Source: the human T2T-CHM13v2.0 reference genome, Homo sapiens. Taken from it: a stretch of 64,000 bases of DNA. Under the pieces are notes generated by a model. The model worked only from the letters and a program-made list of their open reading frames with translations. It did no database searches and was not told the DNA's origin. Numbering within the stretch: position 1 is the first letter of the stretch; each line of letters opens with the position of its first letter. The stretch is taken from the NCBI RefSeq assembly GCF_009914755.1, contig NC_060944.1; one strand, given 5' to 3'. The translations under genes and the position numbers were made by a program. Positions 12,254 to 26,169 of this stretch are shown here, in pieces.

Positions 12254-12840
12254 TTTAGTTGTGTATTTAACGTTCTTTTTCTTTTTATAAAAATAAAAAA
12301 GGCTATAAGATGATGAATTCTGATATGATTCTTGTTGAGCATGTTATGAAATTTCCTCCCAGACATTGTTTTATTTTCAGCTTATATGTGTGAAACTTCA
12401 CTTTAAGAAGTATACATGACCCTGAATCTTTCAATATGTATACAGTCCCAGCGGTATTATGGTACAATAGAAGCAAAAGACATAAGTTTAAATTATTGTA
12501 ATCCCAGAGGTCTTTTGACTGTTGTTTCTCTTTATATGTTACCGCATGAAGAAAATTTATTGTAAATATTAATATTGTCTGTTTAGATCTTATGTGAAAA
12601 GACAAAGAGAGGGAGTGTGGCTCTGGGTGGGTGATCCTGTCACTTTTTCCAGGGTGGCTTTTGTTATCTAAAACAATTTACAGGAGAGTCTTTCAGTTTG
12701 TTTTTCAGGATTTCGGTCTCTTAAGCTCATATTGTCTCCACAATAGTCATGGCCTACATTTCTTTGATTCTAGTTTTTCTAGACTCATTACCTTTCTCTT
12801 TTCCCTCTGGTTTCTCAAACTATGCTGTATGAGATGATAG

Positions 12841-13146
12841 TATTTATTTATTTATTTATTTATTTTTGAGATAGAGTTTCACTCTTGTTGCCCTGGCTGG
12901 AGTGCAGTGGCATGATCTCGGCTCACTGCAACCTCCAAGGGTTCAAGCGATTCTCCTGCCTCAGCCTCCTGAGTAACTGGGATTACAGGCACCTGCCACC
13001 ACGCCTGGCTAATTTTTGTATTTTTTAGTACAGATGGAGTTTCACCATGTTGGACCAGGCTGATCTTGAACTCTTGACCTCCGGTGATCTGCCTGCCTTG
13101 GCCTCCCAAAGTGCTGGGATTACAGTTGTGAGCCACCGTGCCTGGC
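12841..13146 (-). mobile_element. AluSq/Sx with (TTTA)n tail
   Basis: 'gagtttcactcttgttg'; degenerate TSD agatgatagtatt/agatgttggtatt. Confidence 0.93.
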
Positions 13147-13890
13147 AGATGTTGGTATTCTTAAAACCACACTGGTCTACACTACCTTTAAAAACAAATT
13201 GTGACTTTCCCTCTAATTTTCAGAAAAAATAACAGGATTTTCTCAATTTATGTTATTTCACTGCATTACATTTTTCTTAAACAGTTTTAGGTTAAGGCTG
13301 TAATTATGATATTGATATAACGCAGACATGTCAAAGTTATTTAAACCTAATACATGTCTGCATTTTATCAATATACATTTATTTCATGTTCTTGTACAAA
13401 AGACTTCATTAACATATTTGGGAATTCTCTAACTTTGTCCTGAAATTCCCATTCTTTTTTAATTTTTATAATTACACCTATATTACAGAAACATGTTTTT
13501 ATAAAAATTCAAACCGTAAGCATTTCATAATATAATTCTTAACATAGAGTCAAAAATGATAGTTCCTCTTCATTCTTTCCTGCAAATCCTCTTCCTTCCC
13601 CAGAATAGTCACTGTTCAGATTTAAATGTGTATCTTAAGACATTTCCTGTGCACATGTGTAGTTGAAAAGGAAACCTCTAGTTTTTATTATTTTTTTCTG
13701 ATGGAATCATAGTCTATATATTGATATATTGCTTTCCTTAGTGAACAATTGTGTGTTGGCCGTCTCTTCATTTCACTACCTGTAGGTCTAGCTCATTCTT
13801 TGTAACTATTGAAGAATATTCTATAGTCTGTATGGATGTTCTTTCATTTATTTAACCAGGGATTGAGGGATTGAAGGTGGAGCCACTTGT

Positions 13891-13891
<1 letters not shown>

Positions 13892-13972
<81 letters not shown>

Positions 13973-13999
13973 TATATATACATATATACACACATATAT

Positions 14000-14041
<42 letters not shown>
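13892..14041. repeat. Compound microsatellite (TC)n(TA)n(TA/CA)n(CA)n in Alu tail
   Basis: Directly visible; lies inside the Alu TSD ccacttgtt. Confidence 0.97.
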
Positions 14042-14827
<786 letters not shown>

Positions 14828-15269
14828 TAAAGTTATGACCTGGGAGACAGTTACGGAAATTTTCATGAGGACTCACCTGATGCCTGTGAGGAGGTGGGAC
14901 AACTTCCGTGGTGCCACGTGTGGATTTCATGGAAAACCTCAAGCCCTAGTTTCAAGGATATTGCTAGGTTCAAGCAGATTCAATTTCTTAGAAGTGGCAT
15001 TGGAGACCATTAATCTGATAAGGTAAACCTTCCTTGGTTAAAGACAACATGAGAATTCAAATCTGTGAACATTTGTTGAGTACCTAACCTGTGTAAGCTG
15101 CTATGTTACTCATGGCTTGAAATTAAAAATGAGTTAAATAGAGTCTGTGCCCACAAAGAGGGCAGCAGCACCAGCAGAGATGAGATGAATACACAATTAA
15201 ATCTAATCCCAGGCCATGCAAGCCAGAGACAGTGGAGCTGGCCAGAGGTCTTGTGAGTTGCTAAGCTGG

Positions 15270-15480
15270 GTAGGAAAAATGAGGATGGATGGGAGAGAGA
15301 CAAAGTAAATGAGAGAGGAGGGGGAAGAGATATTGATTTGAAAATGAATAGGAAAGAGAAGAGAATGAGAGAGGAGAATGAGAGAGAGAACAAATAAATG
15401 GGGAGGAAGGAAAGAGAGAGAGCAGATGTGTCTTGAAAGCTGGGCAGATCCTCCACTAGTGAAGATGAAGGGAGAGAGGG
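15270..15480. repeat. GA-rich low complexity
   Basis: Purine-rich tract. Confidence 0.8.
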
Positions 15481-16179
15481 GGCAGTGGTATAGTAGAAGA
15501 TTAAAGAAATAAAAACAATGTAAAAATCTTATTAATTTAACCTCACCAAGACAACCACTACTCTTCTTGTGGTGTATTTCTTTTCCAGTGCATATTTTAT
15601 AATATTACAAATATTATAATATTTGGATTTTTCCAATGCATATTTTATAATATTAAAAAAAGTTATAAAAATAAAATTTTTATAATACACAGGGTCCACA
15701 CATCCCAGCTTTGGAAATACCTCCTGGGGGTCCCATCCTGCTGACAAGAATGGGTACAGAAGCCCTCCCCAACACCACCCAGAGCTCTCTGGAAAGGGCC
15801 TGATTGCCCATTCAAATGGAGCTCTGATTGCTAATGTTATAAAAGTAGATCCTCCTTCTTCAAGGGCAGAGATAGTTTGGTCTTTGAGACACATAGATGC
15901 CCAATCACCATTTCTGGGAGACACCATCCAGTGCGGCAAAGAGAAAGTCAAGCAAATTGAATGCCTGTATCAAAACATGTTTATATCTGTCTACACTTGT
16001 CAAGTTATCAATCAACACCATTAGGTGATTTTTCATCACAGGCCTCCATCGCTGCAGTGCAGAAAAAAATGGAAAGGAATGGCTGGAAGAATTCTGGATT
16101 AAGGAAGAAGTTCCTGTTCATTCATTAAGCACTTTTTTTTAAAGTTACAAAAAAACTAATTTTGTTATTAATGTTATGT

Positions 16180-16484
16180 TTCAATTGGTTGTGGCAGCAT
16201 CAGGTAGACACCCCAAGTGAAAGGGAAGCAGAGAGTCCTTGGCGTGATTTCAGGTTTCAGACTCCCTCATGGTCTTTAGAAACATCCTTCTGGGGCTTCC
16301 TTACCATGCTGTTAGGTGTACATGTTTTCCGGTTTACTATTAAGGACATTACAAAGGATATCGATGAACACCAGATGAAGAGATGGATAGGGCAAGGAAT
16401 GTGGGAAGGGGCACTCAGCTTCCATGCCCTTTCCAGGTGCCCAAACCTCCTGGAACCTTCAGGGCTTCGCTTACAGGAAGCTCC

Positions 16485-16488
<4 letters not shown>
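16180..16488. mobile_element. MER21-family LTR fragment followed by poly(T)
   Basis: 'ggtttactattaaggacattacaaaggata...cagatgaagagatggatagggcaagg...agcttccatgccct'. Confidence 0.7.
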
Positions 16489-16515
<27 letters not shown>

Positions 16516-16989
16516 CCTTTTTAGTATTGTAGGTACCAGGAGGACAGGGACCATGTCTGTTTGAGAATGTTTGTCTTCCATCCTGGGGAAAGTCATCCTC
16601 CACATAAGAATGAGTCAAATGTCTCCTTCGAAATGTAGCAAGAAGCAGAAAACAGGTTGTTTTTTTTCTCATGGGATACAGTTTGAAGCTTCAGATTCTA
16701 CAATATATTTTAAGTTTAATTTTTAATGGAGTGTAGTTTGGACCAACATTTTGACAGTCAGAAGAGAGACCATTTTAGAGAGAGGAATCAGCATTTATAA
16801 AAGGGAGATAATTGATGTATTAGGGGTAGATGAGGAGGAACTCCAGATTTCCTGACTTGGATAGAACAGATGGAAGCTTCTGAACATCTAAAGGTGTCAT
16901 AGACATGGATCTGGTCCTTAAGAATTGTACATTTGCTATTTCTTCTGGTTGTTCAAACCTCTGTTTTGTGTGTGTGTGTGTGCATTTTT

Positions 16990-17456
16990 CCTAGGCTTGG
17001 AAAATGTCCCAGATGTCTTTGTCATCCATTGTAGCAGGCAGAGGCTCACCTTCCCAGCCTCTCTTGCAGCTAGGGCGCAGCTACAGCCAGACACCCCACC
17101 CCAGACCCTGAGCTTCTTGCTGGTGAGCTGAAGCAGGCACCATGTGGGACCCATGCTGGGGAGTGCTGTGGGAGCTCCACCCAGGTCCTGGATCCAGCAG
17201 CTCCAGGGGCTTTCGTGGTGGTGTTCAGAGCCACACGGTGATGCAGGTGGTGCAAGCCCCCGGATCTGAGTCTAGAGGGGCTCCTTGGTGTTTCATGAGG
17301 TAGTTCTTCAGGAGCTTTTGGATTTGTTTCCTGGCTGAGCTGGTTCTCTGTTTCTCATGGGGATTGTCTGATCACAAAATATCCTTTATTAAATTCCATT
17401 TCCACTCAAAGTAGCCAGAGGTGGTTTCTGTTGCTTACAACTCTGATTCTTGACTT
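16990..17456 (+). mobile_element. LTR33-like ERVL LTR
   Basis: 'ttcccagcctctcttgcagctagg' and 3' end 'taaattcc...tagccagaggtggtttctgttgcttacaac'. Confidence 0.65.
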
Positions 17457-17619
17457 TAGGATGGGTGCATGAGCAGAGTGGTGAGAGAAGAGGCTGGGAG
17501 AGGCACTTTTGATGTAAGTTGACACTGAACAAATGCCTCTATGGGCATTGGCTATGGTAACAAAATTTAATATCCTCAGGCAATTCATAGAAAAATAAGT
17601 ATATGAAAAATTATGCAGC

Positions 17620-17995
17620 CTCAGTAAAAATGAAATTGCAAACAAAATCAGGTATTAATTTTATTTCAGAGAGGTGGAAAACATGAAAAAGAAAATTCTC
17701 AGTGCTGGTAAGGATGTGGGAAAGCAGACACTCGAGGTTCCACCAATGCAAACTTTCTGCAATAAGTGCCACAGATACTTCTTGTCCATGTGCTTCGATC
17801 CAGCAATTTCACTTGTAGGAATTAACCTAGGGAAATAATTGGATAAGTACATTAAGATGTATGTGCCAAGATTCTCATTGCACTGTTGTTTATTTCAGTG
17901 AAAAACTGAAAGCACTCAACTGCCTATCAATAGGGGATTGACCAAATAAATTCTTATACCATGCAGGATGTATGTATTAATGCACAATGTAGTTA
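17620..17995 (+). mobile_element. L1M (ME/MC) ORF2-end/3' fragment
   Basis: 'agtgctggtaaggatgtggg...gatccagcaatttcacttgtaggaatt...tcaataggggattg'. Confidence 0.75.
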
Positions 17996-18000
17996 GGTAT

Positions 18001-18359
18001 TGATATGTTTTGGCTGTCCCCACCCAAATCCCATCTTGAATTGTAGCTCCCATAATTCCCATGAGTTGTGGAAGGGACCTGGTGGGAGATAATTGAATCA
18101 TGGAGGTGGTTCCCCCATACTGTTCCTGTGGTAGTGGATAAGTCTCACGAGATCTGATGGTTTTATAAGAAGTTTCCCCTTTCACATGGCTCTCATTCTC
18201 TCTTGTCTGTCACCATGGAAGATGTGCCTTTTGCCTTCTGCCATGATTGTAAGGGCTTCCCAGCCATGTGTAACAGTGAGTCTATTAAACCTCTTTTTCT
18301 TTATAAATTGCCCAGTCTTGGGTATGTCTTTATCAGTAGCATGAAGGCAGACTAATACA
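18001..18359 (+). mobile_element. THE1 (C/D) MaLR solo LTR
   Basis: tgatatg...actaataca; 'gaattgtagctcccataattccc'; TSD ggtat/cgtat. Confidence 0.93.
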
Positions 18360-18788
18360 CGTATTTAGCCCGGCCAATAGGTAAGCTAATCTTTATCACT
18401 GTGGAAATGTGTCCACAAAATATTGTCATATGAAAGTCTGTTAATAATGGATGTGTGTACATTGGGGCTTGAGTGGGGCCTAATAAAGTAATATTCTTCT
18501 TTCTTGTTTAAGTTTTGAATCAATTGAGAGAGAACCGCAAAAGTCAGAGAGATGGTGATAAAAACATCATCTTCATTACGGATAAAAGTTTTATCGGAGG
18601 ATGTAGCTTACGAGAGTATCCACATGGGTTCATTATAGCCCACCCAGGCAAAAGTTACGCTTGTGGAAGATTGTTGCCTCAAAGATTGCTTGGTTCTGGG
18701 GCAGAGAAGAAAGGGAGCAAATTGCAAATAGCCTTTTAGTGTGTTAGCTTACCTAGTTGAGATATGTGGACAAATGGCTATCACCCAT

Positions 18789-19168
18789 TGATATGGTTTG
18801 ACTCTATGTCCCCACCCAAATCTCATGTCAAATTGTAATCCCCACGTGTCAGGGGAGGGGCCTGGTGGGAGGTGATTGGATCATGGGGGCTGATTTTCCC
18901 TTTGCTGGTCTCATGATAGTAACTGTGTTCTCATGAAATCTGATGGTTTAAAAATGTGTGGCACTTCCCCCTTCAGTCTCTCTCTCCTGCTCCAAAATGC
19001 TAAGATGTGCTTGCTTCCCCTTCGCCTTCTGCCATGATTGTAAGTTTCCTGAGGCTTCCTTGCCATGCTTCCTGTTAGGGATGTAGAACTGGGAGTCAAA
19101 CCTCTTTTCTTCATTAATTACCCACTTTCAGTTAGTTCTTTATAGCAGTGTAAAAATGGACTAATACA
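18789..19168 (+). mobile_element. MSTA solo LTR
   Basis: tgatatggtttg...ctaataca; TSD cccat/cctat. Confidence 0.9.
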
Positions 19169-19738
19169 CCTATCAATCAATTAACTCACTCTTTTGTGGG
19201 GTGAGGACAGGAGTCTTACCATGATCGTGGTCCCTCCATAGGGAAACATGAGGACTAGAGAATAAGTGTTCCTGCCCTTAGCATTATCATGTGATTCCAT
19301 TTTTGTTTGAAGACACGTATGGATGTTTGCATAAAAAGATATAAAAATAAGCCTGAGATGGATGTGTGAGAAGTAGGCTTCCCCCATGGGCTGGGACTAT
19401 GAGAGGGATTTTCAATATCTCTTTAAAAGTCAAATGACTTTTAAAAATAAAGGATAATATCTCTCATGAGAAAAAAACCCAGAAATATGTTTCCATTAGA
19501 AAACTAAGTTTCTGTTCATGTTGCATGCAATTCATACTCTATGTAAATGACATTTCATTATGCAGCTGGTATTTTTTACAACCAGCTGAACACTGAAAAT
19601 CAATAGATACAGGTTCCATGATGAAAATAATTACTGGGATTCTTTTTCATGCTTTCTTTGATGTCCTTTCAATGTCTGGATATAAATCAAGTTCCTCCTA
19701 TGCCTTCACTCAGATTCCCTTTACAAATTCTCTTTATT

Positions 19739-20051
<313 letters not shown>

Positions 20052-20308
20052 GTGCAAATTCTCTTTATTAAAACGACTTCTCATGTTTTCATTGTTCCTT
20101 GAGTGAGAAGTCATACTCAGTACATTCATTTGCTATGTAAACATGTGAGTTACAGGTAGGTATCACGATTGAAAAACAAAGGCATTTACAAATAATTGTT
20201 TTTTGGGGGTACCTGAAGACAGTAAATTTGGGTAAACCTGCCTCCCAGATTTTGCTATGATAGGGGACTGTTTCAGATGCAGTTCAGCTACATTCAAAAG
20301 AAAATTAA

Positions 20309-20335
20309 ACACACACACACACACACACGCACACA
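20309..20335. repeat. (CA)n microsatellite
   Basis: Visible. Confidence 0.95.
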
Positions 20336-20604
20336 CGAAAAGAAAAGGAAGAAAAAGAAAAAGGCAAATGATTGGCAGAAGAGGATTACTGGTCTTTTTC
20401 ACTTACCTTTTCATTTTCCCCCTGCTCAGTCAGCTTGCATTTAAGACTAAAAATAAACCGATTTAAACTCACACCTGAAAAATCAGTGAGCTTTTGGAGG
20501 TAATAACCAGGAGGACTGTATCTTTTGTTTTCAGACTTTCAGTATCGAAATCTGCTACTTCTACTTCCACTGCCCTTTATTGAAGTCCTACCTTGTCCCA
20601 GGCA

Positions 20605-21263
20605 CATAGTAGACAATGGTTGCTGTTCATCCAATATCTCTCTTCTTTCTTACTAGTGGAACTCCAACTTTTTTCAAGCATGCAGTGTGTCCAGATAACA
20701 AGCTTGCTCCCCCATCTGTCTTGCAACTAGGGGTGGCCATCTGGTGCAGTTCTAATCAGTAAGGCTGAAGCTGGGCTTTCTATGAAAACTTCTGCTTTCC
20801 TGATACATATGCAGTCCTTTCCTTCTCTCCCCACCTCCACTGTCCCTTGGCCTTTCTCATCCTTCATATCTGGAATCTAGATGTGAGGCCTGGAGGAGAC
20901 GCAGCCATCTTGTGACCAGGGGGATCAATGCCTCATGCTGAGCGGGGTGGAGCCAAAAGAAGGAAGGTCAGGGTCCTAGGTGGCCTCATTAACCAGCCCT
21001 GGCCTGTCAACTTCCAGACTTCCTGTTGCATAAGACAAATACATTCTCTACTTTTTAAGCCCCTGGCTTAGAGTTTTCTGTTATTTGCAATGAAAAGCAT
21101 TCTTTTTAAAATATGGAGGTGAAATTCACAGATTATAAAATTAACCATCTTAAAAAGAACAACTGAGTGACCTTTAGTATGTTCATAACATTGTGCAGCC
21201 ACTACCTCTATCTAGTTGCAAAACCTTTTAACCCCAACATCAAAAGAGTTCTTAACTGACACA
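20605..21263 (+). mobile_element. MLT1J-like MaLR LTR with L1MB 3' fragment (~21103-21240, minus) inserted
   Basis: 'gcagccatcttgtgacca...aacttccagacttc...ttttctgttatttgca', ends 'taactgacaca'. Confidence 0.7.
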
Positions 21264-21319
21264 AGTGTTAGGCCAATATTGTCTTATGGAACCTTCCAAC
21301 AGTTCTAATAAAGCAGGTA

Positions 21320-21820
21320 TTGGTGGTGGACATTTTTTCTGCCCAGTGTGCATCCTCCCTTGTCCAGGTAACAGACATCATTTCCCTCTGGGGAACTCTC
21401 TCTTCCTTGCAATCCATCCCTGTGGTTTGAGAAGCCCTGATGTCATCCATGGCTCCACCGTGCATGGACAATCAGAGCACCACTGAATGGGGAGAGTTTA
21501 GGGATGGGGACATGATACAATTTGGGCCTAAGTTTGGATGGCTGGGGAGAGGAGTTCTATTTCTCATTAGAAAGCAGGGAAGCCAAGAGCAGCTGGCCAC
21601 GGTAGGGAGCTGGTCAGCCTGAGGGTGAAGCTGATGTGGTGAGGGCTGTGCTAAGAGATCTCAGGTAGTGGTGAGAGTTCGGAGCTCCCAAATCGGGCTG
21701 TGCTAGCAGCCAGCTCTTTCTTCAATACTTTCAAATATTTGAGTCAATTAATCTCCTTTTTCTTTTCAAAATCAGTTTGAATTGGATTTTCCGTCAATTA
21801 CAATCAAATTAGTATTGCGA
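21320..21820 (+). mobile_element. MLT1K/L-like LTR
   Basis: 'catcatttccctctgggaac...acaatcagagc...tttagggatggggacatga...agtttgaattggattttc'. Confidence 0.6.
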
Positions 21821-21844
21821 TTCATTAGCAGTACTACTGTTAAA

Positions 21845-21990
21845 TAGTAGTAGTAGTAGTTGAGGTAGTAGTAGTTGTAGTATTTCCCTGTTTTACAGAC
21901 TTGAGATTTGATCTCCAGGGGTATGTAATTTGCCCAGGATCACCCAGCTTTGAACTCAGGCCGGCATCATTCCAGGGCTCGTCTGTATGA
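21845..21990 (-). mobile_element. (TAG)n plus MIR fragment
   Basis: 'ctgttttacagac...taatttgcccaggatcacccagc...tgaactcagg'. Confidence 0.6.
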
Positions 21991-22825
21991 CTACTGAGAA
22001 ATCACATTCCCACTTCTGTTCCATGCTGGCTGTTTCCAAAGACAGGGAGTCAAACTCTACCATCTTGTTAGTGAATGTGAATCTGTACTTCTCCTGGATC
22101 CCGTGCTGTAAACACTTGTTGGACTTAGGCAGGAAGAAAAGAAACATTTTCTTGAACAGATTAACTTTTGGACTCCGTACTTATAATTAGCTAGTTTTGA
22201 GTTAGTTACAGTAACCTCTGTTGGTTATTTATTTGATCACACATGACTCTGATGCAAAACAGCTTTGCTTTGGTCTCCTAGTGACCTGCGTGAACTGCAT
22301 CATTAGGCAGCTGGTAGAGGTCTGACTAATTACAGCAAAATAAAAAGGAAAGTCTAAACACTCCTCCTCTTCCCCAAACATTCTTTGCGAAACATGCCTT
22401 GCTGGGCCCTGGACTACTTCATGAAAACGTGTCACTAACAAAATATGGAAGAGGCAGAAGAGCCTAATGGAAACAGTTTTATTGAGTGCCTCTGTGACAA
22501 AAATATCTTCAAAGGGAGTTCTATCAATTTTATTAAGCTACATTGTGCACTTTTACATGACAAGCATATCAAGCACAATAGCATTTGAATTAGCAATCAA
22601 GTTTTAATCGTATTTGACACTTCCCCACCTTGTACTGGCAGAAGCTGTCTCTCTGAGGAGCGACGCCATGCAAGGAGTCGTCAGCCTCCAACGGAGAAAT
22701 GGGTGGCGTCCAAAAGTTCATTTGTGAATTTGCTAGTTGATTCTCAGAATACATGTTTTTCCCCCACACTTAGAATGGTATTTAGAATCCTGTGCTCACA
22801 CATAAAAGCCAGTTTAACCAATTTT

Positions 22826-23100
22826 TATTAATTAAGGGGCTTTGGTTGCAAATGGCAGAAATTAACTCTGGTTAAGTTAAGCCAAAGAGAAAGTCCTGGA
22901 AGGATATTGGGAATTTTGAATCAGGAGAAGGCTGAGGGGTCAAACTTTCTGAGAGGCAGCCCCAGAGTCCTGCAAAGCAACAGCACAGGAATGGCCACAT
23001 CTTGATTTCTGTTGTCACTGTGACTACCAGAAACCCACTCCTCCCTGTGGTTCTCTGCCTCGGCCCTTCCTGAGGCCCACTGTTGGTCTCATCGTGGCCC
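22826..23100 (-). mobile_element. Old MLT1-type LTR fragment
   Basis: 'ctttggttgcaaatggcagaaattaactctggttaagttaagccaaa' is a typical MLT1 3' end on the minus strand. Confidence 0.5.
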
Positions 23101-23404
23101 TGATGAGGACATTTTTGAGGCTTCATGATCTCTGTAGGATGCTGTCCATGCCCATGCACACAACAAGTGCATCTGTGAGGCCCACCTCACATCTCAGCTC
23201 CTGCTGTGCTGCGATGCAGATCCCCAGGGAGCTCGGTTCCACACAGTCACTCAGGGATCCAGCAGCCCCTTCCTCCTGTGGCTCTGCCCTCCTCTGTGTT
23301 GGTGTCCTTTCCATTCAGTACACAGATGGGGAGGAAAGTGATGAGGCTGCTACGGGCACCCAGCAGCCTGCATGCACCAGTATGCACCCAGTTCCTCAGG
23401 ACAA

Positions 23405-24190
23405 TGTGTTGGAATCATCATTGAATCTTCTGTTTCCCTCACACTCCTCATCCATTCCTTCCGTAAATTTGGTCAGCTCCACCTTCTAAATATACCCAGA
23501 ATCTGGATATAACCCCCACAATTATAACCCTGGTTCTAGGCAGCATCATTTCTTGGCTAAAACATCACAATTGCCTCCTCACTGGTTTTCCTTCCTCCTC
23601 CTTCCCCTGGACAGTCTCCACTCCACTCAGCAGCCAGAGGGATTGTGTCAAAGCCTGTGCCAGATGATGCTGCTTCCTTCAAGGGTTTATCATCCTTGAG
23701 TAAATGACTTGATCTGACTTGATCTGGCTCCTGTCACGTCTCCATCTTTCTCATCAACTGTCTTTCCCTGCCATCCTTCTGCCCCAGCCACAGTGACTTC
23801 CTCCTTGATGGTCCTCAAGTACGCTCAGCATGCTATTGCTGCCTCAGGGCCTTTGCACTTGCTCTTCCGTCTCTCTAGAACATTCTTGCCAGAGCTTCTT
23901 TGCTCAAATATAGTTTCCTTAGAGAGGCTTCTCTGACCAGCCTCTGAGACAGAAGCCCCACTTCCTCGTTCCTGTTGAAATCTGTTCGTTTTACCCTACT
24001 TAATTTTTTCATAACCCTCATCACCAGCTGATGTTATATAAGACTCTGATGTGTTTATTGTTTGACACCCTTGCCTAGGATAAATGTTCCTTGAATTTCT
24101 TTGTTTTTTCAATTTCACGTCCTCACACTGGCATATATTAAATGCTCGATAAATATATTTTTGGAATGAGTGAATAAATGAATGAATTCA
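23405..24190 (+). mobile_element. L2a 3' region
   Basis: 'ctcagggcctttgcacttgct...aggcttctctgacca...tgctcgataaatat...gaatgagtgaataaatgaatgaat'. Confidence 0.88.
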
Positions 24191-24483
24191 TGCGTGGATG
24201 AATATAGGAATAGACTCCTGAAAGGAATGAACTGCAATAACTTTTTACTTTAATATCCAAATTTGAAGGAGGGGTTTCTGATTGGTGTAGGATGGCTAAC
24301 AGGCCCACATCTTGCCTAAGGGAGAATAAATACCACTGCCATGAGCTTGTGCCCAAAGGAAAGAAACAGTCCCCAAAAGCAAAATCTGCTCTATGTTTAG
24401 CAGATGGTAAGAGATTCTTGGTTCAAAGGTGAGGGAGCTATACCCACCAAAGCTTGAACTAGTGAGTAGAAATTTAATAACTT

Positions 24484-24960
24484 CGTCTTAGTTAGGGATA
24501 CTTTATGCTTCAAGTAACAAAACCCATGTAATAGCAGCTTAGGCATACCAGGGCTTATCTTTCATGTGTACCAGTCCATGGAAAGGCAGTTACTAGAACG
24601 GGTTCAGTGGCTCATCAGTATCAGAATCTGGGCTGGAATCTCTGCGATCCTCTTGGCCTTTGCCTCATGGTCACAGTGTGGCAGCCATGTACCCGAGCTT
24701 CCTGCCTTCACACGTTTTTCAAAGGAAGAAAGGGGTTGGGGACAAGTGGCAGGATGTGTTCTTCTAGTGCATTTCTTTCTAATCGCTGAAAGAAATACCT
24801 TTCCTAGCAACCATCTGAGACTTCCCGTTATTGCTCCTTGCCAAAACTGGAGGGCTGGACAATGCCCATTTGGCCTTTCCAGTCTCTGTGGTGAGAGCCG
24901 GGCAGGGGAGAAGTGTGTGGAGAAGTCTGCTGGGTCATCGATCAGTGGTGTCTGCCCAAG
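24484..24960 (-). mobile_element. MLT1I/J-like LTR
   Basis: 'ttagttaggg...caagtaacaaaaccc...agcagcttag...ctcatggtcacagtgtggcagc'. Confidence 0.65.
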
Positions 24961-25124
24961 ATCAAGCAGCTAGAAGGTAGCCAGGGGAATTAATATTTGC
25001 TCTGCATTTTGTCTGATGGGAAAGTCCAACTCTTAGACACTATGTTTCATTGCTTCTTGGGAGGAAAACTTTGCTTTCCCTTTTGTTTTGCTTTGTTTTT
25101 TTTTTTAAAGATGTTTTCTCAGTA

Positions 25125-25412
25125 TCTGGACACAAATGGTGACCTATTGCACGGTTCCATTTACGTGGAATGTCTAGAATAGGCAGATCTATAGACACAA
25201 AGTGGACTAGTGGTTGCCAGGTGGCAGGAGGCAGCAGGGAATAGGGAGTGACTGCAATTGGATATGGGGTTGCTTTTGGGGTTGATAAAAATGTTGTGAA
25301 ATTAGATAATGGTGATGGTTGCACAACTCTGTGAATATACTAAAAATCATTGTATTGTATATTTTGAAATGTTGAATTTTATGGTATGCACATTATAATG
25401 CAGATATTATTT
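25125..25412 (+). mobile_element. L1MB 3' end
   Basis: 'tgtctagaataggcagatctatagacaca...tagtggttgccagg...ggtgatggttgcacaactctgtgaatatactaaaa'. Confidence 0.9.
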
Positions 25413-25413
25413 A

Positions 25414-25712
<299 letters not shown>

Positions 25713-26169
25713 TGCTAAGGATATACTATAATTTTTGTAACCCATTACATTTAAAAATATACCAGGAACTTAAAAAAAAGACTCTAAGTGTCCGAGTCCC
25801 CTCTGGCCTCTAAGAGGACTTAGGCACATTCACCCCAAAGTGTTCCCAGGTTCCAATCTGTCCATTAATTTTCCTCACCCTTCTTTTGCAGATCAGAACT
25901 TATTTTCTTTTATTCCTTTTAGGTCTCCTTTTTAGGTAATTTTCCATGTGTACTCACGTATAAAAAGTATCTTATTTTCCTCACACTCTCAGGACCTCAT
26001 TAAATTGCAAACTCTACAAGACGGCACTTGACATAAGAGCAAATATTGTTTCTGTGTGGTAGTTCCTCATGTTGCTGCTAGGTGGAGGGCCCCATTAGAA
26101 AATATTCGAGAAGGATTTGAGGGCACGCCACAGCAGTGTTGGGCTCGCTGCTTTAGGATGGTGGGGGAG

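Noticed and set aside
16488-16522. Isolated poly(T) run (likewise poly(A) at ~36643-36663) as a retrocopy tail
   Set aside because: No adjacent mRNA-like body or convincing TSD
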